DNA from: Oscillospiraceae bacterium
GTDB lineage: Bacteria; Bacillota; Clostridia; Oscillospirales; CAG-382
Direction: 5' to 3'
NCBI GenBank assembly: GCA_015063885.1
Contig: SVTH01000007.1
Span: 41,566-105,565, forward strand
Length of the DNA stretch: 64,000 nt
Shown one piece after another: positions 19,980 through 30,309 of the stretch. Position 1 is the first letter of the stretch. Each line of letters starts with the position of its first letter. The position numbers were made by a program, and so were the translations under genes. The notes below the pieces were generated by a model. The model saw nothing but the letters and a program-made list of their open reading frames with translations. It was not told the origin of the DNA and made no database searches.

Positions 19980-20771
19980 TTATTCCTCGGGAATATAATC
20001 GGGGTAGGGGTAGAACAGCATTTTTCCTTCGGAAATACGGTATTCAAAGATCCCCACGGCACAGCCGGTAAAATAACTGTCCCCAAGCTTCACAATGGAA
20101 TTTGGGCGCGCAATGCTCCAGATCGCATTGTCGTAAAGAACGGTGGTTTCCCCGGTGTTTACGTCTACGGTGATAAGTCCCTCGGACGCGGCGATTACAA
20201 GCTTGTCGTTGTCCAAAAGAGCGGCTTTGGGAAGGATATCAAGCTCAGCCACGATTTCCAGCTTCCAGCCCTCTTCTTTCAGATCGGTGAAACGGTAGAC
20301 CGTATGAGGCATGTAGACTCCTGACAAAATATACGCCACGGGGTCTCCCATTGCTTTTTGATACAGGCCGATGACTTCTTGCCCGGTGATGACGGTCTCG
20401 GGATTGAAGATCCCTTGGGAAAGCTCACTATAGAAATTCGCAGTGGCAACCCAGCCTCCCCATTCCCCAAGAGAATCCGCGAAAAGCTGACGATAACCGG
20501 TGTATATCGAAAGAGTCGACATGGAGTCGGATGCTCCGGGGTTCAGCCAAAGCTCTCCGTGGTCTTTGCATACGTAATATATAGGCCCCTTGTAGACGTG
20601 TTCGGTATTGTAGAAAGCACGTAGCAGCATCTGTTCCTCGGTGTACTCTTCGGCCGCCAATTTGTCAAAATTTCTCCCCTTGATGTGGAGGATCTCCCCT
20701 TTTTGACAGCCCTGCAAAAGCAAGCATCCTGCTATCAAAAGAAAAACCATTGCTATCCGTAAAGCTTTCAT
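19980..20771 (-). CDS. Lipoprotein, unknown function
   Basis: MKALRIAMVFLLIAGCLLLQGC signal/lipobox. 263 aa. Start set at 20771. Confidence 0.65.
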   Translation of the reverse strand: MKALRIAMVFLLIAGCLLLQGCQKGEILHIKGRNFDKLAAEEYTEEQMLLRAFYNTEHVYKGPIYYVCKDHGELWLNPGASDSMSTLSIYTGYRQLFADSLGEWGGWVATANFYSELSQGIFNPETVITGQEVIGLYQKAMGDPVAYILSGVYMPHTVYRFTDLKEEGWKLEIVAELDILPKAALLDNDKLVIAASEGLITVDVNTGETTVLYDNAIWSIARPNSIVKLGDSYFTGCAVGIFEYRISEGKMLFYPYPDYIPEE

Positions 20772-20885
20772 AAAACCCCTCCTTGTATTCTTTTCTTCAT
20801 TGTACCACGATTTGTATATTTTGTCAATAGGGGGGGTAAAAAAGCGAAGAGATGTTAGCACAAAAGACGAAAGAAGCTCCGAATC

Positions 20886-20936
20886 AAAAAGAAAAGACTC
20901 GCCAAGGAGTCTTTTCTTTTTGGAGCGGGCGACGGG
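20886..20936 (-). repeat. Duplicated terminator hairpin plus a 17-nt copy of the tRNA-Gly 3' end (non-functional fragment)
   Basis: TGGAGCGGGCGACGGGA at 20920-20936 is identical to 21019-21035. Both are preceded by AAAAAGAAAAGAC..hairpin..TCTTTTCTTTT. The period is about 99 bp. Confidence 0.8.
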
Positions 20937-21018
20937 AGATCAGAAGGGTCCGATTCCCTCCATTGTCATATTCCAAAAAGAAAAGACCCACCAAGGGTCT
21001 TTTCTTTTTGGAGCGGGC

Positions 21019-21092
21019 GACGGGAATCGGACCCGCACGGTCAGCTTGGGAAGCTGAAGTTCTACCACTAAACTACGCCCGCGTATGTAAGA
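21019..21092 (-). tRNA. tRNA-Gly (anticodon CCC), CCA encoded
   Basis: The reverse complement GCGGGCGTAGTTTAGTGGTAGAACTTCAGCTTCCCAAGCTGA...CGCCCGCTCCA folds as a cloverleaf. The anticodon loop is TTCCCAA. Confidence 0.9.
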
Positions 21093-21098
21093 GGCTTT

Positions 21099-21605
21099 TT
21101 ACGCCTCTTTTTTCAAAGTAACGAACCGATACCGCAAGCCGGAAACGGAGGTCTCCCACTCGGTGGTCTCTACCACCTGCCAGCCGTCCTCGGGGAGGAG
21201 GCGGGGGAAGAAGGCGTCCGCATCTTCGGTTTCCGCATCGATCTCGGTGAGAATGGCGCCGTCGCAAGCACCGCAGAAGGCCTTGTAAACGCTTTCGCCG
21301 CCGCAGAGATACACCGTTTTGCCCTGGGAATGCTGCTCCAACAGGGTGAACAGCTCCAAAGCACCTCTGGCAACCAACAGATTGTCGTAGCCCTCGGTAT
21401 TCTCATAACGGGAAGAAAGCACCACGTTCAAGCGGTTGGGGAGCGGCTTCCCCTCGGGAAAGCTTTCCAAGGTCTTACGACCCAGCACCACCACGTTGCC
21501 GGTGGTGAGCCTGCGGAAATTCTTCATATCCTCGGGGATGCGGTAGATCAGACCGTTGTTCTTGCCGATGGCACCCTTACGGTCCACTGCTGCCAAAATT
21601 ACCAT
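21099..21605 (-). CDS. folA: Dihydrofolate reductase
   Basis: IGKNNGL.YRIPEDMKNFRRLT..VVLGRKT motifs. Sits downstream of thyA. Confidence 0.9.
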   Translation of the reverse strand: MVILAAVDRKGAIGKNNGLIYRIPEDMKNFRRLTTGNVVVLGRKTLESFPEGKPLPNRLNVVLSSRYENTEGYDNLLVARGALELFTLLEQHSQGKTVYLCGGESVYKAFCGACDGAILTEIDAETEDADAFFPRLLPEDGWQVVETTEWETSVSGLRYRFVTLKKEA

Positions 21606-21623
21606 AGAAATCCTTCTGTATGT

Positions 21624-22466
21624 TTAAATTGCTACGGGAATGCCTTTGATCTGGGGATGGGTCACGTAATCCTCCAGCCACACGTCCTCAACCTTGAAGT
21701 CGTAGAAATCCTTCACCTCGGGGTTGATATGGAACTTGGGGGCGGGGAGCGGCTCTCTTTGGAGCATCTCCTTGATAAGATCCACGTGACGGTCGTAAAT
21801 GTGTGCGTCCGCAATGACGTGCACGAATTCCCCTGCCACCATGCCGGAGACCTGGGCAAACATATGCAACAGCACTGCGTACTGGCAAACGTTCCAGTTG
21901 TTAGCCGTCAGGACGTCCTGACTGCGCTGGTTCAGGATCCCGTTGAGCACCAGCTGTCCGTCCTCCTGGGTGACGTTGAAGGTCATGCTGTAGGCACAGG
22001 GATACAACGCCATGGAATGGAGATCGTGATGGTTGTAAAGGCTGGTCATGATCCGACGGGAAAAGGGGTTGTGCTTCAGATCGTAAAGCACACGGTCCAC
22101 CTGGTCGAACATGCCCTCTTTATACTGATGCTTCACACCCAGCTGATAGCCGTAGGCAGTGCCGATGGAGCCTTCCTCGTCTGCCCAGGAATCCCAGATG
22201 TGGGAATTCAGCTCATGGATGTTGTTGGACTTCTTCTGCCAGATCCACAGAAGCTCATCCACACAGTTCTTGAGGTTGGTCTTCCGCAAGGTCAACGCAG
22301 GGAATTCCTTCCGCAGGTCGTAGCGGTTCACCACACAGAACTTCTTGATGGTGTAAGCAGGGGTGCCGTCCTCCCAAACGGGACGCACCTTCTCCCCCTT
22401 GGTATCCGTGCCGTTTTCCAGAATGTCGCGGCACATATTGATGAATAGGGTATCTGCATAGCTCAT
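21624..22466 (-). CDS. thyA: Thymidylate synthase
   Basis: 280 aa ThyA-like (…LYPCAYSMTFNV…, NQRSQD…). Confidence 0.9.
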   Translation of the reverse strand: MSYADTLFINMCRDILENGTDTKGEKVRPVWEDGTPAYTIKKFCVVNRYDLRKEFPALTLRKTNLKNCVDELLWIWQKKSNNIHELNSHIWDSWADEEGSIGTAYGYQLGVKHQYKEGMFDQVDRVLYDLKHNPFSRRIMTSLYNHHDLHSMALYPCAYSMTFNVTQEDGQLVLNGILNQRSQDVLTANNWNVCQYAVLLHMFAQVSGMVAGEFVHVIADAHIYDRHVDLIKEMLQREPLPAPKFHINPEVKDFYDFKVEDVWLEDYVTHPQIKGIPVAI

Positions 22467-22558
22467 GGGGATACCTCCGAAGGTTTTCTGCCAACAAATG
22501 GTATTTTACCACATCCGTCGGGAATTTGCAAGGGGTTTTCGGAAAAAATCTTTCGACT

Positions 22559-23122
22559 TTATGCTTCCTTCTCCGGCAAAGGCTTCCGCTTGCCCCCGGC
22601 GTAATCCTTCAACAGCAGGGCAAGCATCACGCAGAAGGAGAGGAAAGCGCCGCCCGCCACCCAGATACAGGCAGGGTGATCGGTGGTGGTCTCTGTGAAA
22701 TCACGGTTGAGAATGGCGATCTTTTGCATCTCGGCGTAATCCTCTGCTCGTCCCCCTTCGGGAACGATCAGTAAGCCGGAGCCTGCGGGATCCTCTAAGG
22801 GATCCAGGAAATTGATGATCCCCGTGAAGGTCACGGGTTTTTCAAAGACCTCGTTATAATACTTCACGCGGGAGCAGACTGCCCCGCGGGAGCCGTCCTC
22901 CTGGGTGACCCAGTAGTAGTGCACCAAATTTTCCTTCATGTCGATCATGGAAAAGGCGTGGGTGATCTCCGTAAAGGTCACCTTCTGCATAGCGGTCTTT
23001 TCCCCGGTGGGGGAATAGGGCGCAAACTCCAAGGGCACGGGGAAAAAGCCCAGAACCATCCGCACCGCCAAAAATACCAGCGTCACTCCCAACGCGATCT
23101 TCACCTTCAACGTACGATCCAT
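22559..23122 (-). CDS. Membrane protein, unknown function
   Basis: 187 aa with N- and C-terminal TM helices. Confidence 0.6.
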   Translation of the reverse strand: MDRTLKVKIALGVTLVFLAVRMVLGFFPVPLEFAPYSPTGEKTAMQKVTFTEITHAFSMIDMKENLVHYYWVTQEDGSRGAVCSRVKYYNEVFEKPVTFTGIINFLDPLEDPAGSGLLIVPEGGRAEDYAEMQKIAILNRDFTETTTDHPACIWVAGGAFLSFCVMLALLLKDYAGGKRKPLPEKEA

Positions 23123-23257
23123 GGCTTCCCGTTCCTTTCGTTTCTTTCTTTTCTATTATAAAGCACCTTCCGCCGTTTGTCAAGAGGAAAAAGGTCTTGC
23201 ATTTTTTTGCGGATGCGGTATAATGATAAGGCATCCGATCACGAAAGGAGTCATTTT

Positions 23258-23776
23258 ATGACCTATTATATCGCCCAGGCTGTGGGCTTCGGGGGGATGA
23301 CCCTGGCGTTCATCTCCTTTCAGCAAAACAAGCGGGAAAGGATCACCTTCCTGCAAATGCTTTCCTCCATGGTGTGGACGTTGCACTTCGGGCTTTTGGG
23401 CGCCTATTCCGGCATGGCTATGAACGCCATCGGGGTGGCAAGGGGATTCGTGTATTCCAAGAAGGGTTCTGCCCCCTGGGCTTCCCGTTCCTTCTGGCCC
23501 TATCTGTTCTCTATCGTTTCCGCAGGGTGCTGTATCGCCACCTGGGAAAATTGGCTGTCCTTGCTTCCCACGGTAGCCATGGTGGTCACAAGCTTCGGGC
23601 TGTGGGTGGATCAGCCAAAGACCGTCCGCCGTCTCACCCTTCCCGGCTCCTGGATGTGGCTGGCGTACAATTTGGTGAAGGTCTCCTGGGCAGGGGTGAT
23701 CACCGAGTGCTTCAATACCGCCTCCATCTTCATCGCTATGTGGCGTTTTGACCGCAAGGGTGCAAAAAAGTCTTGA
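23258..23776 (+). CDS. YgjV-like inner membrane protein
   Basis: About 172 aa multi-TM protein. AAAGGAG RBS before the ATG at 23258. The family call is by resemblance. Confidence 0.6.
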   Translation: MTYYIAQAVGFGGMTLAFISFQQNKRERITFLQMLSSMVWTLHFGLLGAYSGMAMNAIGVARGFVYSKKGSAPWASRSFWPYLFSIVSAGCCIATWENWLSLLPTVAMVVTSFGLWVDQPKTVRRLTLPGSWMWLAYNLVKVSWAGVITECFNTASIFIAMWRFDRKGAKKS

Positions 23777-23830
23777 CATCCCCCGGCTTTTCCTATATAA
23801 TAAAGAAAAAGCAAAAACAAGAAGGAGAAT

Positions 23831-25153
23831 ATGAAAATGAAAAGATTTCTGACCCTGCTGCTGGCGGCTGTCATGGTATTCGCTCTGGCGGCCTGCGGTG
23901 AGACCGAGGAAACGAGCAACACCGCTTCCTCTTCCGCTCCCGTAAGCAGCGAAGCCCCCGCAACCTCCTCCGAGGCCGAGTCTTCCGAGGCTGAGTCCTC
24001 CGAAGAACCCTCCGAAGCACCTTCCGAAGCACCTTCCGAATCCCCCTCCGAGGACGTGTCCTCTGACGCCTCTACCGAGGAGCCCGATGACCAGACTCCT
24101 CCCGAGACCATTAACAAGTTCGTCTCCATCGGCACCGTTACCGTGAACGACCGCGCTACCGGCACCAACGCCATCCCCCTGACCGGTGTGGACGTGGAGC
24201 CCTCCTACGGCGCCGTGGTCCTCTACACCGATGAATACGGCCTGCTGGACGCAGAAGAGCTGGCTGACTTTGCCGTAGCGGTCTTCACCTACGACCACGA
24301 GTATTTCGGCTACGTCAAGACCGCCTTCTACGAGGTTGGCGAGGCCGAGGAGATCTCCGCAGACGAGGACGGCTTCCTCATCGCCATCCATTCCTGCCAG
24401 GAGACCTCCATCTCCCGCGCTAAGGGCATTGCAGACGGCACCACCGTGTTCCCCCACGGTCTCCACCTCTACGACGGCGTTGACTACGACGTAGAAAAGG
24501 CCGGCACCGCTCCCACCATCGACGGCGTGGTTACCGACGGCGAATGGGACGAGTATTTCATCGACCACATCGACGCCGAGAACGAGGCTTGGTCCTACGC
24601 ACAGTTCGAGAAGGACAACTACTACGCCACCGCAGATTACTACGTCACCTACGACGATACCTATCTGTACCTCTGCGTGGTGGTACAGTCTCCCTATCAC
24701 TATTGCCCCATCACCCAGGATAAGGCAGGGGATATGTGGCAGTACGAGTGCATCCAGGTGAAGTACTCTTCCGAGAGCCCTGCCGGGGACTACATCTCCG
24801 AGCATTTTGACCGCGTGATCGACAAGACTGCCGATAACGAGAAGGTGGTTATTTCCTCCGGCTTTGCCGTGAACGACAGCGGCGAGACCTGCTATTACGG
24901 CGTCACCGACGCAAAGGTTGCTTGCTCCCGTGACGACGGCGAGCAGATCACCGTTTACGAGGTTGCCGTTTCCTTCGCAGAGCTGGGTGTTACCCCCGAG
25001 AAGGGCACCGAAATGGGTCTGGCCTTCTCCGTCAACTCCACCAACGACGAAGACGTTGCCAAGAAGGTATGGAAGAACATCACTGCCCGTAACGGCGGCG
25101 GTATCATCGGCAGAAACGACTACGCCAAGATCCCCGTGATCACTTTGAACTGA
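23831..25153 (+). CDS. Lipoprotein with an S/E-rich linker and a carbohydrate-binding (CBM9/DOMON-like) region
   Basis: Lipobox ALAAC. TTGACA-17-TATAAT promoter at about 23774-23802. APTIDG..DGEWDEY motif. Confidence 0.7.
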   Translation: MKMKRFLTLLLAAVMVFALAACGETEETSNTASSSAPVSSEAPATSSEAESSEAESSEEPSEAPSEAPSESPSEDVSSDASTEEPDDQTPPETINKFVSIGTVTVNDRATGTNAIPLTGVDVEPSYGAVVLYTDEYGLLDAEELADFAVAVFTYDHEYFGYVKTAFYEVGEAEEISADEDGFLIAIHSCQETSISRAKGIADGTTVFPHGLHLYDGVDYDVEKAGTAPTIDGVVTDGEWDEYFIDHIDAENEAWSYAQFEKDNYYATADYYVTYDDTYLYLCVVVQSPYHYCPITQDKAGDMWQYECIQVKYSSESPAGDYISEHFDRVIDKTADNEKVVISSGFAVNDSGETCYYGVTDAKVACSRDDGEQITVYEVAVSFAELGVTPEKGTEMGLAFSVNSTNDEDVAKKVWKNITARNGGGIIGRNDYAKIPVITLN

Positions 25154-25220
25154 CACTTGTAATTTTTGCGGGGGAAGCCCATAGCTTCTCCCGCTTTTTT
25201 ATGGAAAGGAAGAATCCCTT

Positions 25221-25991
25221 ATGACAGCAAGAGAATTGATGGAACAGCTCATGGCAGGTGCCGACCTGGGCAGACCCACCGTGGATACCTGCAAGCACGG
25301 CGACCCGGAAAAGGAAGTCCGCAAGGTTGCCATCTGCATGACAGCCACCCCCGACGTGCTGAACCAGGCCAAAAAGTGGGGCGCCGACATGGTGATCACC
25401 CACGAGCCCACCTTCCACGACCATTTCGAAAACCCCAGAGAAGACGCCGTGACCCTGCAAAAGCGCGCCTTCGTTTCGGAAATGCCCTTCACCCTGTACC
25501 GTTTCCACGACTATATCCATTGGGGCGTGGATTTTGACCACATCAACGAGGGGTTCCTGCGCCTTGCGGGCTGGCAGGGCACCTTCGACGGCAGAAACAG
25601 CTTCGTTCTGGACACTCCTGCCACGGTGTACGACCTGGCAAAGAGCGTGCAGGACACCCTGGGCATCCGCCATCCCCGTATCATCGGGGACCCCGATCTC
25701 CTCGTGACCCACATCAATATGATGCTTGGGGCAGGGGGAAGCGGTGCGGCGGATAAGTTCCTTGGGGACGATAACCAGCTGATGATCACCGGGGAGATCT
25801 GCGAATGGCGGGACGGTGAGCCCATCCGGGATGCCTCCCAGCTGGGTATTCCCAAGGCCATGCTGGTGCTGGGACATTGTGCCTGCGAGGCCCCGGGTAT
25901 GGAGACCTTTGCTTCCGACCTGGCGGAAAAATACCCTGCGCTTGAGATCTGCTACATCGAAAGCGGCGATTTGTTCTCCTATGTGGACTGA
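25221..25991 (+). CDS. Nif3-like dinuclear metal centre protein
   Basis: 256 aa; ...GADMVITHEPTFHDH... NIF3 family pattern. Confidence 0.75.
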   Translation: MTARELMEQLMAGADLGRPTVDTCKHGDPEKEVRKVAICMTATPDVLNQAKKWGADMVITHEPTFHDHFENPREDAVTLQKRAFVSEMPFTLYRFHDYIHWGVDFDHINEGFLRLAGWQGTFDGRNSFVLDTPATVYDLAKSVQDTLGIRHPRIIGDPDLLVTHINMMLGAGGSGAADKFLGDDNQLMITGEICEWRDGEPIRDASQLGIPKAMLVLGHCACEAPGMETFASDLAEKYPALEICYIESGDLFSYVD

Positions 25992-27303
25992 CCTGCCAAT
26001 TCAGGTCACGGAGGCCTTGGAACGGCTGAATTCCCACGGACACCAAGGCTTTTTGGTAGGGGGCTGCGTGCGGGACATCCTGCGGGGGGTGAAGCCTGTG
26101 GATTACGACCTCACCACCTCCGCCACTCCCGAGGAAGTGAAAAAGCTGTTCTCCGACAAAAACGTGGTGGAAACGGGCATCCGTCACGGCACCGTCACGG
26201 TGTTTTCCCACCACCTTCCCTTGGAGATCACCACCTTCCGCACCGAAAGCACCTATTCCGACGGACGCCATCCCGACGGGGTGACCTTCGCCTCCACCTT
26301 GGAAGAAGACCTTTCCCGCAGGGATTTCACCGTCTGCGCCATGGCCTGGAGCCCAAAGACGGGACCGGTGGATCTGTTCGGCGGCAGGGAAGACCTGCAA
26401 AACGGGATCATCCGCTGTGTGGGAGAGCCCGCCCGCCGCTTTGAAGAGGACGCCCTGCGGATCCTGCGGGGGGCACGGTTTGCCTCCGCCTTGGATTTTA
26501 CCGTGGAGGAGGCCACAAAGACCGCCATGCTGGAGGGGATCCCCCTGCTGGCACATATTTCCATGGAGCGGATCTCCTCGGAGTTTCTCAAGCTCCTTTG
26601 CGGAAAGGGCGCCAAGAGGATCCTCTCGGAATACCGTGAGCTGATCGCCTTCTTCCTGCCGGAGATCCGCCCTGCCTTCGGGTTCGATCAGCAGTCTCCC
26701 CACCATCTTTACGACGTGTATACCCATACCCTGCAGGTGGTGGAAAATATGCCGCCGGATCCCATGCTGCGCCTTGCCGCCTTCTTTCACGATCTGGGCA
26801 AGCCGCAGACGGCCGACGGCGGCCGCTTCCCGGGGCATCCCGCCGTAAGCGCCCAAATGGCGGAGGCGGCCATGCACCGCCTGCGGATGGAAAAGAAGCT
26901 GATCCGCCCTGTCACCGCCTTGATCCGTGAGCACGATACCCTTCTGCGGAAGTGGGACACCCCTCGCGTGCTCCGCCTGCTTTCACGGATCACCCCGGAG
27001 CTGGCATTGCCCCTTTTGACCCTGATGGAAGGGGATGCCGCCGCCAAAGCCAACCCCGAAGCCTACCCGGCCGCCGCAAAGGAACGCCGTGCCGCCCTGG
27101 AGGCGGTGCTGGAAAGCAACCCCTGCCTGTCCGTTTCCCGGCTTGCCATCGGGGGCAAGGAGCTGTTGGAATCGGGCGTTCCCCCGGGGGAAGCGGTGGG
27201 GAAGACCCTGCAGCTTCTTCTGGAGGGCGTGTTCGACGGCAAGTGGCAAAACACCCCCGAAGACCTGCTTTCTGCCGTAAAAAATCAGCACACTCTGTGC
27301 TGA
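25981..27303 (+). CDS. cca: CCA-adding tRNA nucleotidyltransferase (with HD domain)
   Basis: GFLVGGCVRDILRG, DYDLTT, RDFT motifs. The ATG at 25981 overlaps the previous stop codon. Confidence 0.85.
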   Translation: MWTDLPIQVTEALERLNSHGHQGFLVGGCVRDILRGVKPVDYDLTTSATPEEVKKLFSDKNVVETGIRHGTVTVFSHHLPLEITTFRTESTYSDGRHPDGVTFASTLEEDLSRRDFTVCAMAWSPKTGPVDLFGGREDLQNGIIRCVGEPARRFEEDALRILRGARFASALDFTVEEATKTAMLEGIPLLAHISMERISSEFLKLLCGKGAKRILSEYRELIAFFLPEIRPAFGFDQQSPHHLYDVYTHTLQVVENMPPDPMLRLAAFFHDLGKPQTADGGRFPGHPAVSAQMAEAAMHRLRMEKKLIRPVTALIREHDTLLRKWDTPRVLRLLSRITPELALPLLTLMEGDAAAKANPEAYPAAAKERRAALEAVLESNPCLSVSRLAIGGKELLESGVPPGEAVGKTLQLLLEGVFDGKWQNTPEDLLSAVKNQHTLC

Positions 27304-27372
27304 AACCATTGACAAGGGCGGAAAATTGTGGTATACTGTGACTGCAAAACAAAGAGACAAGGAGTTTTTCCC

Positions 27373-28233
27373 ATGGCTGAATTTGTTATTTTTGCGGATT
27401 CCTCTGTGGATCTGCCTTTAGAAGAGATCAACCGCTACGGCTTGCAGATCATCAACCTGCACCTGTTCGTCAGCGGTAAGGAGGAAGATATCGATACTCT
27501 GGACAGCCACGCCTTCTATGAGCGTCTCCGCGCCGGGGATGTGGCCTCCACCTCCGCTCCCTCTCCCGAGGAATATTCCGAGAAGATGCTTCCCGTGCTG
27601 GAGAGCGGCAAGGACATTCTGTACCTTGGCTTCTCCGAGGGGTTGAGCTGTTCCTACAACAACGGCAAGCTGGCAATGGAAGAGCTGGCAGAAAAATATC
27701 CCCACCGTAAGCTGTACCACGTCAGCACCGGTTGCGCCTCTACCGGCCACGGACTTCTCACCGTGCTGGCGGCAAGAAAACAGCAGGCAGGCGCCACCAT
27801 CGAGGAGGTGCGGGATTGGGTCAACGAGAACCTGCCCCACCTGGTGCACTGGTTCACCGTGGACGACCTGATGTTCTTAAAGCGCGGGGGCAGAATCTCC
27901 GCCGTGACCGCCGTTGCGGGCACCATGCTGGGCATCAAGCCCATCCTCCACGTGGACGACGAGGGCCATCTCATCAATATGTCCAAGGTGAGAGGCAGAA
28001 AGGCCTCCCTGGAGACCATGGTGGATAAGGTAAAAGAATACGCCATCAAGCCCGAAACCCAGACCATGGCCATCTGCCACGGCGACTGCCCGGAGGAGGC
28101 TGAGTGGATCGCAGAGAAGTTGAAGGCGGAGCTGAAGGTTCCCGAGGTCATCATCTCTCCCACCGGTACCGTCATCGGCGCACACTCCGGCCCCGGCACC
28201 ATCGCCGTGTTCTTCCTGGGCACCCAAAGATAA
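27373..28233 (+). CDS. DegV family fatty-acid-binding protein
   Basis: MAEFVIFADSSVDLP... DegV pattern. Consensus promoter TTGACA..TGGTATACT upstream. Confidence 0.85.
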   Translation: MAEFVIFADSSVDLPLEEINRYGLQIINLHLFVSGKEEDIDTLDSHAFYERLRAGDVASTSAPSPEEYSEKMLPVLESGKDILYLGFSEGLSCSYNNGKLAMEELAEKYPHRKLYHVSTGCASTGHGLLTVLAARKQQAGATIEEVRDWVNENLPHLVHWFTVDDLMFLKRGGRISAVTAVAGTMLGIKPILHVDDEGHLINMSKVRGRKASLETMVDKVKEYAIKPETQTMAICHGDCPEEAEWIAEKLKAELKVPEVIISPTGTVIGAHSGPGTIAVFFLGTQR

Positions 28234-28341
28234 GAGAATACTTACCAAAAAGCTTCGGTGTTTTCCATCGGAGCTTTTTTCGTTGACAAGCGTGTGCATC
28301 TATGCTATAATAAACAAAATACTGTTTTTTGCGAGGTCTGT

Positions 28342-30261
28342 ATGAAAAGATTCCTTTCCGTCACCTTAACGGTTTTGCTGGTGTTGCCAATGCTTTTGTG
28401 CATTCAGCCTGCGGCGGCATCCAAGGTCCCCACCGCCGACGACCTGGAGGGCTACGAGAACGTCTGTCTCACCTACACCTTCCGCCGTTCGGGGGCTGAC
28501 AACGGCAGACATTACGAAAAGGACCTGCTGCCCTACACCGCTTACCTGGATACCAAGGGCAATATCAAGGACTTTTTCTTCGACAGCTACCTGTTCCTCC
28601 CCTGTATGGACTACGGTCCCTCCGGGGCGAGAATGCATTTGGACGAGAGCAACCCCACCAAAGCCATCGACTGGACCTCTTACGTGGACGACACCTTTGC
28701 AAAGGGTGCCAACGTGGACGCCCTGGAAAAGGCTTACGGCACCACCAAGGAGGCCTTGGGGAACACGGACAGTAAGGCGGGTGTGTTCTTTACCCTGCTG
28801 TACCCCGGCAAGAGAGCCACCGACTTCGGCACCCTGGGGGGCAGAAGTCTGAACTTCTCCAAAACAGAGGACAGAAAATACGCCGTCAAATGGATGATCG
28901 ACGAGCAGATGGCCCGCTTTGAGCAGGCAGGCTACAAGCACCTGGATCTGGTGGGCTTCTATTGGCTGGAGGAGTATATCGCCGCAGGGGATGACGCCGA
29001 GATCCTGAACTATGCCGCCGACTATCTCCATTCCAAGGGGCTGAAGTTCATCTGGATCCCCTGGTACAAGGCCAACGGCTACGAGCGTTGGGAAAGCTTC
29101 GGCTTCGACGTGGCCTGTATGCAGCCCAACCTGATGTGGATCGGCTACAACGACCCCACCCGTGTGAAGTCCAGCATCGCCGCCTCCGAGCAGTACGGCC
29201 TTTCCATGGAGATGGAGTGCGACGGCAGAGTTTACACCGACGAGTACTTTGCAAGATACCTGAACTATCTGGAGGGCGGGTTGAATTCCTCCATGATGAA
29301 CGCCGTGAAGATGTATTACCAGGACGGTAAGACCGCCGTGTATTACAAGGCCTGCTATTCCACCGATCAGCGTTACCGCCTGGTCTACGACCTCACCTAC
29401 AAATACGCCAAGAAGACTCTGACCCAATCGGATATCGACGCCGTCCGCCCGGAGCAGACGGAAAACAGCTATATCGTGGTGGACGACATCGGCAGAGACG
29501 CCCTGAAGGACCCCGAGGTGGATTGGATCTCCATCGGTAAGAAGTATACCGCCAGCAGATCCTACGTGGACGGCAACGGGGCAGAGTATCAGCAGGTGGA
29601 CGGTAAGGAGCTCACCGACGGTAAACTTGCCGATACCCCTCTCAGCACCGATTGGCACGCATACCACCACTCCCTGCTGGACAGCGACGGCAAAATGAGC
29701 GTCACCATCGACCTTGGGGAGGTGCGTAAGGACCTGACCCACTTCTACGCCCATTTCGACAACCGCCTGGAATACGGCATCGGCTCTCCCACGGGAATCA
29801 ACCTCTATATTTCCGAGGACGGCAGAAGCTTCCGTAAGCTGACAACCCCTCTGCACATCATGGATTCCAAGGATTCCTGCATCAAGTTCGAAACCGCACC
29901 CGTTACCGCAAGATACGTGAAGATGTCCTTCGGCGTGGCGGGAGGAAACTTCGTGTTCTGCTCGGAATTCCTGGTAGGCGTGAAGGAGGGCTTCGTTCCC
30001 GAGACCTCCGCCCCCGAGGAATCCGCCCCCGAAGAATCCACTCCCGAAGAGTCCGCCCCCGAAGAGTCCGCTCCCGAGGAGTCTACCCCCGAGGAATCCG
30101 CTCCCGCTGAGTCTCAGCCCGAGACCTCCGCTCCCGCAGGATCCTCCCCAGCAGCGCAGCCCGAGGAAGGCAATGCCCCGTGGCTTTGGATATCCATCAT
30201 CGCCGTGGTGCTCGTCGCGGCCGTGGTGCTCCTGCCTATCTTCAAGAAAAAGAAAGCATAA
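28342..30261 (+). CDS. Secreted, C-terminally membrane-anchored protein: glycoside-hydrolase-like domain plus discoidin/F5-8 type C-like domain and (PEES[A/T])n linker
   Basis: Signal peptide MKRFLSVTLTVLLVLPMLLCIQPAAAS. Seven copies of a 15-nt repeat at about 30003-30115. Terminal TM helix followed by KKKKA. Confidence 0.7.
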   Translation: MKRFLSVTLTVLLVLPMLLCIQPAAASKVPTADDLEGYENVCLTYTFRRSGADNGRHYEKDLLPYTAYLDTKGNIKDFFFDSYLFLPCMDYGPSGARMHLDESNPTKAIDWTSYVDDTFAKGANVDALEKAYGTTKEALGNTDSKAGVFFTLLYPGKRATDFGTLGGRSLNFSKTEDRKYAVKWMIDEQMARFEQAGYKHLDLVGFYWLEEYIAAGDDAEILNYAADYLHSKGLKFIWIPWYKANGYERWESFGFDVACMQPNLMWIGYNDPTRVKSSIAASEQYGLSMEMECDGRVYTDEYFARYLNYLEGGLNSSMMNAVKMYYQDGKTAVYYKACYSTDQRYRLVYDLTYKYAKKTLTQSDIDAVRPEQTENSYIVVDDIGRDALKDPEVDWISIGKKYTASRSYVDGNGAEYQQVDGKELTDGKLADTPLSTDWHAYHHSLLDSDGKMSVTIDLGEVRKDLTHFYAHFDNRLEYGIGSPTGINLYISEDGRSFRKLTTPLHIMDSKDSCIKFETAPVTARYVKMSFGVAGGNFVFCSEFLVGVKEGFVPETSAPEESAPEESTPEESAPEESAPEESTPEESAPAESQPETSAPAGSSPAAQPEEGNAPWLWISIIAVVLVAAVVLLPIFKKKKA

Positions 30262-30309
30262 CGTAAACAACGACCCCCGATGTGCTCCATCAGGGGTCGT
30301 TTCATATCC

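Noticed and set aside
20920-20975. Second tRNA gene next to tRNA-Gly
   Set aside because: Only the 17-nt 3' end matches. No acceptor 5' strand, D-arm or anticodon arm can be folded, so it was treated as a fragment or scar.
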